Part shown: positions 1 through 8,116 of the stretch, in pieces | Position numbering within the stretch: position 1 is the first letter of the stretch | Layout of the letters: each line of letters begins with the position of its first letter | Assembly: GCA_023150805.1 (NCBI GenBank) | Contig: JAKLKF010000021.1 | Coordinates: forward strand, 1-64,000 | Direction: 5' to 3' | Origin: Myxococcota bacterium | GTDB lineage: Bacteria; Myxococcota_A; UBA796; UBA2385 | DNA length: 64,000 nucleotides | The notes under the pieces: generated by a model | What the model was told of the DNA's origin: nothing | The model's database searches: none | What the model saw: the letters and a program-made list of their open reading frames with translations, nothing else | Translations under genes and position numbers: made by a program

Positions 1-2030
1 GTCGCGCCACCGTCGGTGCTGCCGCCGTCGGTGCTGCCGCCGTCCGTCGCGCCACCGTCGGTGCTGCCGCCGTCCGTCGCGCCACCGTCGGTGCTGCCGC
101 CGTCGCCCCCCCCGAGGTCGTCGGCGGGATCGAGCGGATCAGTACCCCGCCCCACCTCGACACCGTCCTCCACCGTCCCGTCATCGGTGTCCGGGTCCAG
201 CGGGTCCGTGCCGTGGATGTCCACTTCCTCGCCGTCGGTCAGGTCGTCGTCGTCGCTGTCCTCGTCCAGCGGGTCGGTGCCCGTCTCCCACACCTCCTCG
301 CCGTCGAGCAGGTCGTCGTCGTCGCTGTCCGCGTCCAGCGGGTCGGTGTCGAAGACCTCGACCTCGTCGCCGTCGGTCAGCCCGTCGTCGTCGCTGTCCT
401 CGTCCAGCGGGTCGGTCCCGATGTCCAGCACCTCGTCCCCGTCTCCCAGCCCGTCGTCGTCGGTGTCCGGGTCGAGCGGGTCCGTGCCCAGGTCCGCCTC
501 CTCCTCGTCGGTGAGGCGATCGCCGTCGCGGTCGAGCGAGAAGTCGATCTCGCCCTCCCAGGTCACCTCGAAGCGCGTGGCCTCCACGTAGTAGACCAGC
601 GTCGCCTGGAAGGCGTAGGTGCCGCTGGCGGACACGTCGAGCAGCGTCTCGGTGTCGCCCATGTCGCCGCTCACCACGGTGCCCAGCGCCCAGTCGACCT
701 CGTGGTCGCCGCTGTCGTAGAGGCCCCCGTCCGAGGCGCTGTCGAAGACCAGGCCGGAGGGCAGGGTCAAGGTCAGGCTGGCGTCCCGCGCGCGGCCCTC
801 CCCGAAGTTCGCCCAGTCCAGGTCCACGGTCAGCGAGGTGGTGCCCGCGCTGATGAGCCCGTCCAGCTCGATGTCCGGCCCCAGCGACAGGCTGGCGCAG
901 TCGGCAGCGAAGTACGAGTTCAGGAAGACGCGCACGGCGTTGAGCTCGTCGTGGCTGCTGTAGGGCAGGTCCACCGCGTACTCGTGCCCGGCCAGCAGGG
1001 TGACGCGGCCGTTGCTCGGGTCGCCGTCGACCCGGCCGCTGGCGACCATGTAGGCCAGCTCGTCCCCGTCGTCTCCGACCACGAAGGCGACGTCGCTGTG
1101 GAAGACGCCGTCGAAGTCCGGCAGGCTGCCGCCGGTCGAGCCCCAGGGCCCGTGGATCTGGAACAGCTCCAGGCCGGGCTCGGTCAGGTCGAAGGTCGCG
1201 CGCCCGCGGTTGATGCCGACCTTCTCGATCCCCGTCGAGAGCATGTGCCCGTAGTCCAGGTCGTTCTCGATGGTCTCGGCCGCGGCGCACTCGAAGAGCG
1301 AGCTGGACAGCGGATCGGCGGTGAAGTCGCGGATCTCCATCACCACCCCGGCGATGTCCGACTCCTCCCAGTGCATCGCGTTGAGGTGGCAGTAGGCCGG
1401 GTAGCCGTCCTCGGCCCACAGGGCGCCGTCCCCCGAGACCGTCTCGTCGGCGCCCGTGATCTCGTCGCCGCTCAGGTTGCCGGGGCTGCTGGCACCCCAG
1501 GCCTCGCCGTCGCCGTCGGGGATGCCCGCCGCGTTGAGGTAGTCCCAGGCGATGTCCTCGGCGCCATCCTCGAAGACCGCGATCGAGGGCGCGACGTACA
1601 GGGTGCGCGCGACCTCCAGGTCCGCCGCCTCGGCCGTGGTGAAGGCGACCGCTGACCAGCCCGCGTCTGACCAGGCCTCGATCAGCGGCAGCGCCCGGTC
1701 GACGTCGGCCGCGGCGACCACGAAGGGCCCGCCCGCGAAGTCCCGGGCCGCCGCGTCGGAGCTGGTCTCGTCGGTGCCGTAGGTGGAGAGGCCGGCGATG
1801 TCGACGCCGTCCCACTCCTTGTCCCCGTCGATGACCCAGTGGACCTGGATCCCCTCCAGCAGCAGGCCGTAGACCAGCCCGTAGGCGTCGAGGATGCCCT
1901 CGTCCTGCCAGGTCGAGTCCATGGGGATCACGACCGAGCCGGCGTCGAAGGTGGTCACCTCGCCGGCGCGAGCGGGCAGGGCGACCGAGAAGAGGGAGGC
2001 ACCGAGGAGGAGGCTGCGACGAGCAGTCAT
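1..2030 (-). CDS. Secreted protein (5' partial relative to window: start codon at 2030, C-terminus runs off window start) with unknown N-terminal domain, thrombospondin type 3-like Ca-binding repeats (DxDxDGxxDxxE) and C-terminal [10 protein letters not shown] low-complexity tail
   Basis: ATG at 2030 (minus) gives [22 protein letters not shown] signal peptide. Hand translation stays open to position 1 with strong GC3 bias. aa ~500-640 are repeats such as [19 protein letters not shown] and [19 protein letters not shown]. The ORF-track entries 16..591+, 213..1655+ and 181..3186- are shadow frames. Confidence 0.7.
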   Translation of the reverse strand, partial: MTARRSLLLGASLFSVALPARAGEVTTFDAGSVVIPMDSTWQDEGILDAYGLVYGLLLEGIQVHWVIDGDKEWDGVDIAGLSTYGTDETSSDAAARDFAGGPFVVAAADVDRALPLIEAWSDAGWSAVAFTTAEAADLEVARTLYVAPSIAVFEDGAEDIAWDYLNAAGIPDGDGEAWGASSPGNLSGDEITGADETVSGDGALWAEDGYPAYCHLNAMHWEESDIAGVVMEIRDFTADPLSSSLFECAAAETIENDLDYGHMLSTGIEKVGINRGRATFDLTEPGLELFQIHGPWGSTGGSLPDFDGVFHSDVAFVVGDDGDELAYMVASGRVDGDPSNGRVTLLAGHEYAVDLPYSSHDELNAVRVFLNSYFAADCASLSLGPDIELDGLISAGTTSLTVDLDWANFGEGRARDASLTLTLPSGLVFDSASDGGLYDSGDHEVDWALGTVVSGDMGDTETLLDVSASGTYAFQATLVYYVEATRFEVTWEGEIDFSLDRDGDRLTDEEEADLGTDPLDPDTDDDGLGDGDEVLDIGTDPLDEDSDDDGLTDGDEVEVFDTDPLDADSDDDDLLDGEEVWETGTDPLDEDSDDDDLTDGEEVDIHGTDPLDPDTDDGTVEDGVEVGRGTDPLDPADDLGGGDGGSTDGGATDGGSTDGGATDGGSTDGGSTDGGA
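110..533 (-). repeat. In-frame tandem acidic Ca-binding (TSP3/OmpA-like) repeats inside CDS 1..2030
   Basis: At least five copies of [TG]DPLD[PEA]D[TS]DDDxLxDGxEV, followed by TDGG[SA] repeats at 1..110. Confidence 0.6.
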
Positions 2031-2199
2031 GCGGATCCGGGAGTGGAGGGGAAGAGCCCCAACCTACTGCGCGTGGTTTCGCCAGCCCGCGCGGCCCGGT
2101 CACGATTCGCAACGAAAGGCGTCGTCCGGTCCCGTGGCCGCAGCCCACCGCGGTCGACCGACGACGCGCGTCCCCTGGTGCCCGGTTAACCGCCGCGCC

Positions 2200-3042
2200 A
2201 TGCCCCCCTCCCCTCCCCGCACCGCCTTCATCACCGGCGGCACGGCCGGCATCGGCCGCTCCCTCGCCCTCGCCCTGGCCCACAGCGGCGCCTCGGTCGT
2301 CGTCTGCGCCCGTGGCCAGTCCGCGCTGGACGAGACCCTCGCCGCGCTGCGGCAGGCCAACCCCGGCGGCGCGCACGGGGCGGTCTCCGCCGACGTCGCC
2401 GACCCGGCCGCCATGAAGGCCGCCGCCGCCCAGGCGCTGTCCATCCTCGGCGAGGTCGACCTGTTGATCTGCAACAGCGGCTTCGCGAAGGCCGGCACCG
2501 TCGCCGAGCTGGACGACGCCGACTTCCGCCGCCTGATGGACGTCAACTTCTACGGCCACGTGAACACCGTGCGCGCCTTCCAGCCGCACATGGTCGCCCG
2601 CGGCAAGGGCGACATCGTGCTGGTCAGCTCGATGCTCGCGGTGCTGTCCGTCTACGGCTACGCCGCCTACTCGGCCAGCAAGTTCGCCATCACCGGCTTC
2701 GCCCAGGCCCTGCGCCAGGAGCTGATGCTCCACGGCGTGCGGGTCAAGCTCTTCCTGCCCCCCACCACCGACACCCCCGGGCTGGCCCGGGAGAACCAGG
2801 ACAAGCCCGCCCTGTGCCTGGAGATGGAGATGGGCAGCGCGCTCAACGCCACGCACAGCCCCGACAAGGTGGCGGCCGCCTTCCTCAAGTGGCTGCCCGG
2901 CGGACGCTTCTACGGCTACGCGACCTGGGACTCGTGGCTGCAGTTCTTCATGGCCCACCACTTCCCCGAGCTGACCCTGTCGCTGGCCGACGGCGAGCTG
3001 CACGGGGCCCGGAAGCGCCTGGAGAAGAAGGGAAAGGGGTAG
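2200..3042 (+). CDS. Short-chain dehydrogenase/reductase, 3-ketodihydrosphingosine reductase (KDSR)-like
   Basis: ATG at 2200 in frame with ORF 1894..3042. TGxxxGIG Rossmann motif (ITGGTAGIGRSLA), YxxxK (YSASK), and PPTTDTPGLARENQDKP, which closely resembles the KDSR PPDTDTPGFAEEN segment. Confidence 0.7.
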   Translation: MPPSPPRTAFITGGTAGIGRSLALALAHSGASVVVCARGQSALDETLAALRQANPGGAHGAVSADVADPAAMKAAAAQALSILGEVDLLICNSGFAKAGTVAELDDADFRRLMDVNFYGHVNTVRAFQPHMVARGKGDIVLVSSMLAVLSVYGYAAYSASKFAITGFAQALRQELMLHGVRVKLFLPPTTDTPGLARENQDKPALCLEMEMGSALNATHSPDKVAAAFLKWLPGGRFYGYATWDSWLQFFMAHHFPELTLSLADGELHGARKRLEKKGKG

Positions 3043-3408
3043 GACCTGGCCCCCATGCTGGACAGCCCGCGCGCGCCGCCAAGGAGGCCACGTCGCCAGC
3101 GGTGATCCGCGGCACCCCGAGCGCGGGCGGCAGAGAGCGGCGGCGGGCGGAGGAGGACTCGGCCGATCGCGCGGGCGATCGTTCACCCGGGACTTGACCT
3201 CAGGCCGTGGCGACGCGGCCAGCGTCCGCCCCCAGCCCCGTGACCCTGCCCTCCCCGGCTGCTCCTCTGTGTCCTCTGCGCCCTCTGGTCGGCAGGTGCC
3301 GGCTGCGGCAGGTGCCGGCTCCGCCTGCGCGCGGTCGAGGAGCTGGACGACCAGGTCCTCGCGTCGCTGCGACAGGCCTGGGCGGCCGTGCGCTGACCCG
3401 GCCCCGCC

Positions 3409-4497
3409 TCAGCGCCCGCCGTAGCCCACCGTCGGCACCGCTCCCGTCCGGTCGTCGAAGACCACCGTGCGCTCGGGCCAGCGCAGCGCCGCCAGGCCGC
3501 CGCTGTAGCCAAGGGGCCCCGGGCCGCCGCGGGCCCGCTGCAGGAAGCGGCGCCCGACGCTGTAGTCGACGCAGAAGACCGTGCCGCGGGGCCCCGCCCA
3601 GTGCCAGGGCGAGGGCGCCTGGAAGACGTCGACCTTGCCGGGGATGGGCTCCTGCCGCAGCCGCCAGTAGTGGCCCACCACCACCGCGACCTCCTCGTCG
3701 TAGTCCTGCCACCAGGGCGCCCGGGCGACGAAGCGCCAGCGCCCGCCGACGAAGAAGTGGGTGCCGGGCTCGATGCGCTGCTCCAGCCCGCTGGTCAGCA
3801 CCCGGAAGGGGTTGTCGTTCTGCTGGCGGGCGTTGCGCTCCTGCTCGGCGGGCAGGTGCCGGTCGGGCCGCAGGCCCGGGTCCTTGAGGCCGAGCCAGGG
3901 CGCGCGCTCGGCGGCGGCGGCGGAGAGCAGGCCCTGCGCCTCCAGCCGCTCGTCGACCCGGGCCTCCATGGCGTTGGCCAGGGCGCCGACCTCCCCCTCC
4001 CGCGGCAGCGCCGCGACCGACGCGGCGTGCCAGCAGGCGTGGACCACCCGCAGATCGTCGCGCAGCAGGACCAGGGGCAGCCCGTCGAGGAAGGTGCGGA
4101 GGTCGGCGGCCTCGTCGCCGGAGGGCACGACGCTGTCGAAGACCAGGTGGTGCCCCTGGCCCCGCTCGTCCCGCCACTGGTAGCCGTCGTCGGCGTCGCC
4201 GAAGAACCAGCCGTTGCCCTCCTTGCGCTCCCCCTGCAGCAGGTTCAGCTCGTGGTTGCCCGCGACGCAGAAGGCCTGCCCCGCCTGGCACAGCCGCCGC
4301 ACCAGCCGCACCACGCCGGGGCTGTCCGGCCCGCGGTCCACCAGGTCGCCCAGGAAGACCAGGGGCCGCTGCAGGCGCCCGGTGTCCGGATCCCCGCCCA
4401 GGCGCCCGATCAGGGCGCGCAGCGCCTCCAGCTCGCCGTGCACGTCGCCGACGAGGTCGAGGGGGCCATCAGGCAGGGTCTGTACGAGCGTGGACAT
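3409..4497 (-). CDS. PPP-family metallophosphoesterase (Ser/Thr phosphatase / ApaH-PrpE-like)
   Basis: Motifs GDVHG, GDLVDRGPDS and GNHE in order. ATG at 4497 (MSTLVQT), just N-terminal to the GDxHG motif. Confidence 0.8.
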   Translation of the reverse strand: MSTLVQTLPDGPLDLVGDVHGELEALRALIGRLGGDPDTGRLQRPLVFLGDLVDRGPDSPGVVRLVRRLCQAGQAFCVAGNHELNLLQGERKEGNGWFFGDADDGYQWRDERGQGHHLVFDSVVPSGDEAADLRTFLDGLPLVLLRDDLRVVHACWHAASVAALPREGEVGALANAMEARVDERLEAQGLLSAAAAERAPWLGLKDPGLRPDRHLPAEQERNARQQNDNPFRVLTSGLEQRIEPGTHFFVGGRWRFVARAPWWQDYDEEVAVVVGHYWRLRQEPIPGKVDVFQAPSPWHWAGPRGTVFCVDYSVGRRFLQRARGGPGPLGYSGGLAALRWPERTVVFDDRTGAVPTVGYGGR

Positions 4498-4553
4498 GGG
4501 ACCGCCGGGTTCGTCGCCGGGCACCTATGCCGCTCGCCGGCCGCGGGCCCCGG

Positions 4554-6992
4554 TCACCGGCGGCGGCGGCGCAGGAGCAGGAGCCCCAGCAGCCCCAGGG
4601 TGGGCCAGCTCCCCCTGGCCCGCCCGGGCGCCGTCGCGCAGCCCTTGCCCTCTTCGCCGGGCTCCTCGCCCGTCGCCCCGCCCCCGTCGCCGGAGGTGCC
4701 TCCGTCGCTGGCGCCTCCGTCTCCCGTGCCGGCGGGCCCGTCCAGCCCGTCGCAGTCCTGGTCGACGCCGTCCCCCACGATCTCCAGGGCGTCGGCGCCG
4801 ATGTCCGGGTCGGCGTCGTCGCAGTCGGTGCCGCCGAACAGGTCGGAGTCCTCTCCGTCTCCGTCCATGTCGTAGTCGCTCTCCTCGTCGCAGTCGGCGT
4901 CGATCCCGTCGTACCAGTGCTCGGTGGCGTCCGGACTGACGGTGGGATCCGTGTCGTCGCAGTCGTCACCGGCCCAGGTCGAGGCGCGGTGACCGTCCCC
5001 GTCAGCGTCGTAGTCGTCGGCGTGGTCGCAGTCCCCGTCCCGGCCGTCGTACCAGCTCTCGACCGCCCCCGCGTGGACCGCGGCATCCGTGTCGTCGCAG
5101 TCCGCGCCGCCGCTGGACTCGGCCGTCTGTCCATCGCCGTCCGCGTCGTGGTCGTCGTCCCGCAGGCAGTCACCGTCCACGTCGTCGTACCAGGTCTCGA
5201 TGGCGCCGAAGTAGACCGTGGGATCCGCGTCGTCGCAGTCCGTACCCCCCCAGTCCTCGCCGTCCTGCCCGTCGTGATCGGCGTCGTAGTCGCTGTCGCC
5301 CGCGCAGTCGGCGTCCACGCCGTCGTACCACACCTCGACCGCCCCACCGTACACCGCCGGGTCCTCGTCGTCACAGTCCGCCCCGCCCACCAGGGCCCCC
5401 TCCACGCCGTCACCGTCCACGTCGCGCGCGTCGGCCCCGTCGCAGTCGTTGTCCACGCCGTCGTAGGGGATCTCCCCGGCGCCGGGGTGGACCTCCCCGT
5501 CGAAGTCGTCGCAGTCGCCCAGCAGGGTGGAGGCGCCCTCCGGCCCGTCGCAGGAGACCAGGCCCTCGCCCTCCAGGCCCCACCCGTCCCCGTCTCCGTC
5601 GGGGTACCAGGTGGGCATGTCGACGGCGTCGAGATCGACCCGGCCGTCGCAGTCGTTGTCGATCCCGTCGCACCGCTCGGTGCCCCCCGGGAGGGCCGCG
5701 GGCTCGGCGTCGTCACAGTCCCCGCCCGTCCACGCCCCATCACCGTCCGCGTCGAAGGCCCAGGCGCCCTCGCCGCCAAACCAGCCGATGTCCGACCGGC
5801 TGCCGTCGGGGTCGACCAGCGCCTCGTCGCCCGCGTCCCGCAGGGGTGAGCCCTCGCCCAGCCGCAGGTCGTCGTCCGCGCAGTCGCCGTCGGCGTCCAG
5901 GTCCACCAACAGCGGGTCCGCCGTCACCATGCCGATGCCGCTGGTCACGTCCAGGTGGCTGCCGCTGCCGTCCCCCCCCTCGTTGTCGTACCAGGCGCTG
6001 CTGCCGAAGCTGCTCTCCAGCGCGGCGTCCCCCTCGCCGTAGAGCGCCGCGCCCCCCACCGTCCACGCCACCAGGTTGTTCGTCCACGCCACGCGGCTGT
6101 CGGACAGCTCCACCGCGGCGCGCCCGGCCTGGTTGCCCAGGACGCTGAGCTGGACCAGGGTGGTGTCCCCTCCCCCCGTCACCGAGAGCGCGGCGCCCAG
6201 GGAGGCGACGTTCTCCTGCAGGCGCACGTTGGCCCAGCTCGCCTCGGTCCCGCCCTCCGTGTGGGCGCCACCGCCCTGCGCGGCCTGGTTGCCGCACAGG
6301 CTGCTGGCCTGCACCGCCAGCCGCTCGACCGCCGAGGCGTACAGCGCGCCGCCCGCGCCGTCGGCGAGGTTGTCGGACAGGCTGCTGCCCCACAGGTCCA
6401 GGCTGCCCCCGGTCGCGTGGATCGCCCCGCCGCTGCCGATGGCGAGGTTTCCCGAGAAGGCGCAGTCCTCGACCTGGGCCGTGGCCCCCGCGGAGAGGTG
6501 CAGGGCCCCACCCTGGGCCCCCAGGTTGTCGCGGAAGGCGCAGCCCTGGGCCCACAGGCTGCCCCCCTCCACCCGCAGGCCCCCTCCTTCCCCGGCGCCG
6601 TCGCCGGCGTCGTGTACGATCACCTCCTGCAACGCCAGCGCCCCTCCGACGACGGAGATCGCGCGGGACGCGCCGGTGATCGACAGGCCCTGGAGGGTGA
6701 GCGCCTCCCCCAGGGCCGCGGTCAAGGTCACCTCGCAGCCCTCGGCCCCCGACAGCAGCGTCGCCTCGGCGCCCTCGACACCCACCAGCTCCAGGTCCCG
6801 CCCGCCCAGGTCCAGGCACTCGGCGTAGCTGCCGGCGGCCACCTCGATCCGGTCGCCGCTCTCGGCGGCGGCGATCGCCTCGCCGATGGTCGGGAAGTCC
6901 CCGGCGCCCCCGGGATCCACGATCCAGGTGCGCGCGGGCGTGGGGACGGCCAGGGCGAGGGAGGGGGCGAGCAGCAGGCTGAGGACGGGCAC
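4554..6992 (-). CDS. Secreted right-handed beta-helix protein with ~10 PF11617-type Cys-rich putative metal-binding repeats and a C-terminal MYXO-CTERM sorting signal
   Basis: GTG at 6992 gives MPVLSLLLAPSLALA signal peptide. N-terminal part has beta-helix-like GGAL/GNxA repeats. aa 425-750 carry repeats of CDDxDPxxxPGAxExxYDGxDxDCDG. C-terminus is GKGCATAPGRARGSWPTLGLLGLLLLRRRRR. The upstream part of ORF 4554..7928 is read-through junk. Confidence 0.75.
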   Translation of the reverse strand: MPVLSLLLAPSLALAVPTPARTWIVDPGGAGDFPTIGEAIAAAESGDRIEVAAGSYAECLDLGGRDLELVGVEGAEATLLSGAEGCEVTLTAALGEALTLQGLSITGASRAISVVGGALALQEVIVHDAGDGAGEGGGLRVEGGSLWAQGCAFRDNLGAQGGALHLSAGATAQVEDCAFSGNLAIGSGGAIHATGGSLDLWGSSLSDNLADGAGGALYASAVERLAVQASSLCGNQAAQGGGAHTEGGTEASWANVRLQENVASLGAALSVTGGGDTTLVQLSVLGNQAGRAAVELSDSRVAWTNNLVAWTVGGAALYGEGDAALESSFGSSAWYDNEGGDGSGSHLDVTSGIGMVTADPLLVDLDADGDCADDDLRLGEGSPLRDAGDEALVDPDGSRSDIGWFGGEGAWAFDADGDGAWTGGDCDDAEPAALPGGTERCDGIDNDCDGRVDLDAVDMPTWYPDGDGDGWGLEGEGLVSCDGPEGASTLLGDCDDFDGEVHPGAGEIPYDGVDNDCDGADARDVDGDGVEGALVGGADCDDEDPAVYGGAVEVWYDGVDADCAGDSDYDADHDGQDGEDWGGTDCDDADPTVYFGAIETWYDDVDGDCLRDDDHDADGDGQTAESSGGADCDDTDAAVHAGAVESWYDGRDGDCDHADDYDADGDGHRASTWAGDDCDDTDPTVSPDATEHWYDGIDADCDEESDYDMDGDGEDSDLFGGTDCDDADPDIGADALEIVGDGVDQDCDGLDGPAGTGDGGASDGGTSGDGGGATGEEPGEEGKGCATAPGRARGSWPTLGLLGLLLLRRRRR
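4745..5720 (-). repeat. Tandem cysteine-rich putative metal-binding motif repeats (coding)
   Basis: Counted from the translated product (aa ~425-750 of the 812-aa protein). Confidence 0.6.
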
Positions 6993-7075
6993 GGCGGGCT
7001 CCCACGGCGGCCCCGAGGGGCCCGGCCCCGAGGCTACACCGCGCGCCCGCCCGGCGCGACGCCCCCTCCCCTCCC

Positions 7076-8116
7076 TCAGCCCTTGGGGGCAGAGACGGCC
7101 GCCCACCGGAAGGCCGGCCAGTGCGGCTGCTCGGTGTCGCCGTCGGGGTAGTAGCTCACGATCTGCAGCTTGTAGTAGCCGCCGGTCGCGGTCTGGAAGA
7201 CGTAGACGACGTCGGCGGGGTCCAGCGTGTGCTCGGTCGTGTTGTAGATGTACCAGTCCTCCATGACCTTGTCGTCGTCGGTGTCCGACAGCCAGCCCTC
7301 GGTCGGCGCCTGGGCCAGGCTGTCGAAGTCCTGGCCCGGCAGCACCGCGACCCGGCTGTCCCCGGCGCGGAAGTCCCACTTCTGCATGGCCAGGTCCCAC
7401 CCCTCGCTGACCAGGCCCGCGCTGGCGAAGCTCCAGCACATCCAGCTCTTGACGTCCCCCGTGTACAGGCGGGTCAGGGTGACGCCGCCGCCCTGGTCGC
7501 TGTTCGTCAGGCTGCTGGCGTCGGCGCTGCAGGTGAAGGGGACCTCGGTCGGGCCGGTGCCCGTGTCGGTGCCGCCCTGCTCGGCCAGGGCCCCCCAGCG
7601 CAGGTGGACGTACCCGGGGCTGCCGGCGTCGTCGTAGTAGGCCAGGAACTGGAGCTTGGCCAGGTCCCCGCCGGCGTCGCGCACCGCGTAGATCACGTCG
7701 GCGGGCGTGACCTGGTGCGTGTCGGCGTCGTAGGCGAACCAGGTGTCCAGCGCGTACTCCGGGTCGCCGTCGGCGTCGGCGTCGGCCTGGTCGGTCACCC
7801 AGCCGTCGGTCGGCGCCTCCAGCTCGGTGCTGTACGGCGTCTCGAAGAAGGGCACGACGGCCATGTCGGCCGTGCCCGAGATCCCGCCGTTGATCTTGAC
7901 CTTGTAGCGTCGGAAGCCCAGATCCCACTCGGCGCTGTCGTCGGGATCGGCGGGGCTCACGACCTGCCCGCCGCCCAGGTCCAGGTAGACCCAGTCGGTC
8001 TCGCTGGTGGCGTCGATGACCGCCTCGCCGGCGGCCACCTGGCTGGCGCCGCCGGTGTCGTCCCCCTGGGGGGCGATGCTGGCGGCGCAGGAGAGCAGCA
8101 GGAGCAGGGTGTTCAC
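7076..8116 (-). CDS. Lipoprotein with an internally duplicated domain, coupled to the upstream TonB-dependent receptor (HmuY-like accessory protein is one hypothesis)
   Basis: GTG at 8116 overlaps the receptor stop (GTGA). MNTLLLLLSC lipobox. Two similar modules (WFAYDADTHQVTPADVIYAVRDAGGDLAKLQFLAYYD and WYIYNTTEHTLDPADVVYVFQTATGGYYKLQIVSYYPDG). Confidence 0.55.
   Translation of the reverse strand: MNTLLLLLSCAASIAPQGDDTGGASQVAAGEAVIDATSETDWVYLDLGGGQVVSPADPDDSAEWDLGFRRYKVKINGGISGTADMAVVPFFETPYSTELEAPTDGWVTDQADADADGDPEYALDTWFAYDADTHQVTPADVIYAVRDAGGDLAKLQFLAYYDDAGSPGYVHLRWGALAEQGGTDTGTGPTEVPFTCSADASSLTNSDQGGGVTLTRLYTGDVKSWMCWSFASAGLVSEGWDLAMQKWDFRAGDSRVAVLPGQDFDSLAQAPTEGWLSDTDDDKVMEDWYIYNTTEHTLDPADVVYVFQTATGGYYKLQIVSYYPDGDTEQPHWPAFRWAAVSAPKG

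Noticed and set aside
1-120. Nucleotide-level tandem repeats (GGTGCTGCCGCCGTCGGT etc.) that might look like a CRISPR array or VNTR. Similar repeats occur at ~25380-25520 and ~31290-31370.
   Set aside because: They are in-frame coding repeats for TDGG/DGGS low-complexity protein linkers. There are no unique spacers or cas genes, and no CRISPR array is present in the window.
3291-3330. Short tandem duplication gcaggtgccggct x2 in the 366-bp convergent intergenic region between the SDR and the phosphoesterase, and a GC3-biased 23-codon open frame (3325..3395)
   Set aside because: Too short and not followed by a T-tract for a terminator. The mini-frame has no start codon or RBS and is below any reasonable gene-length threshold.
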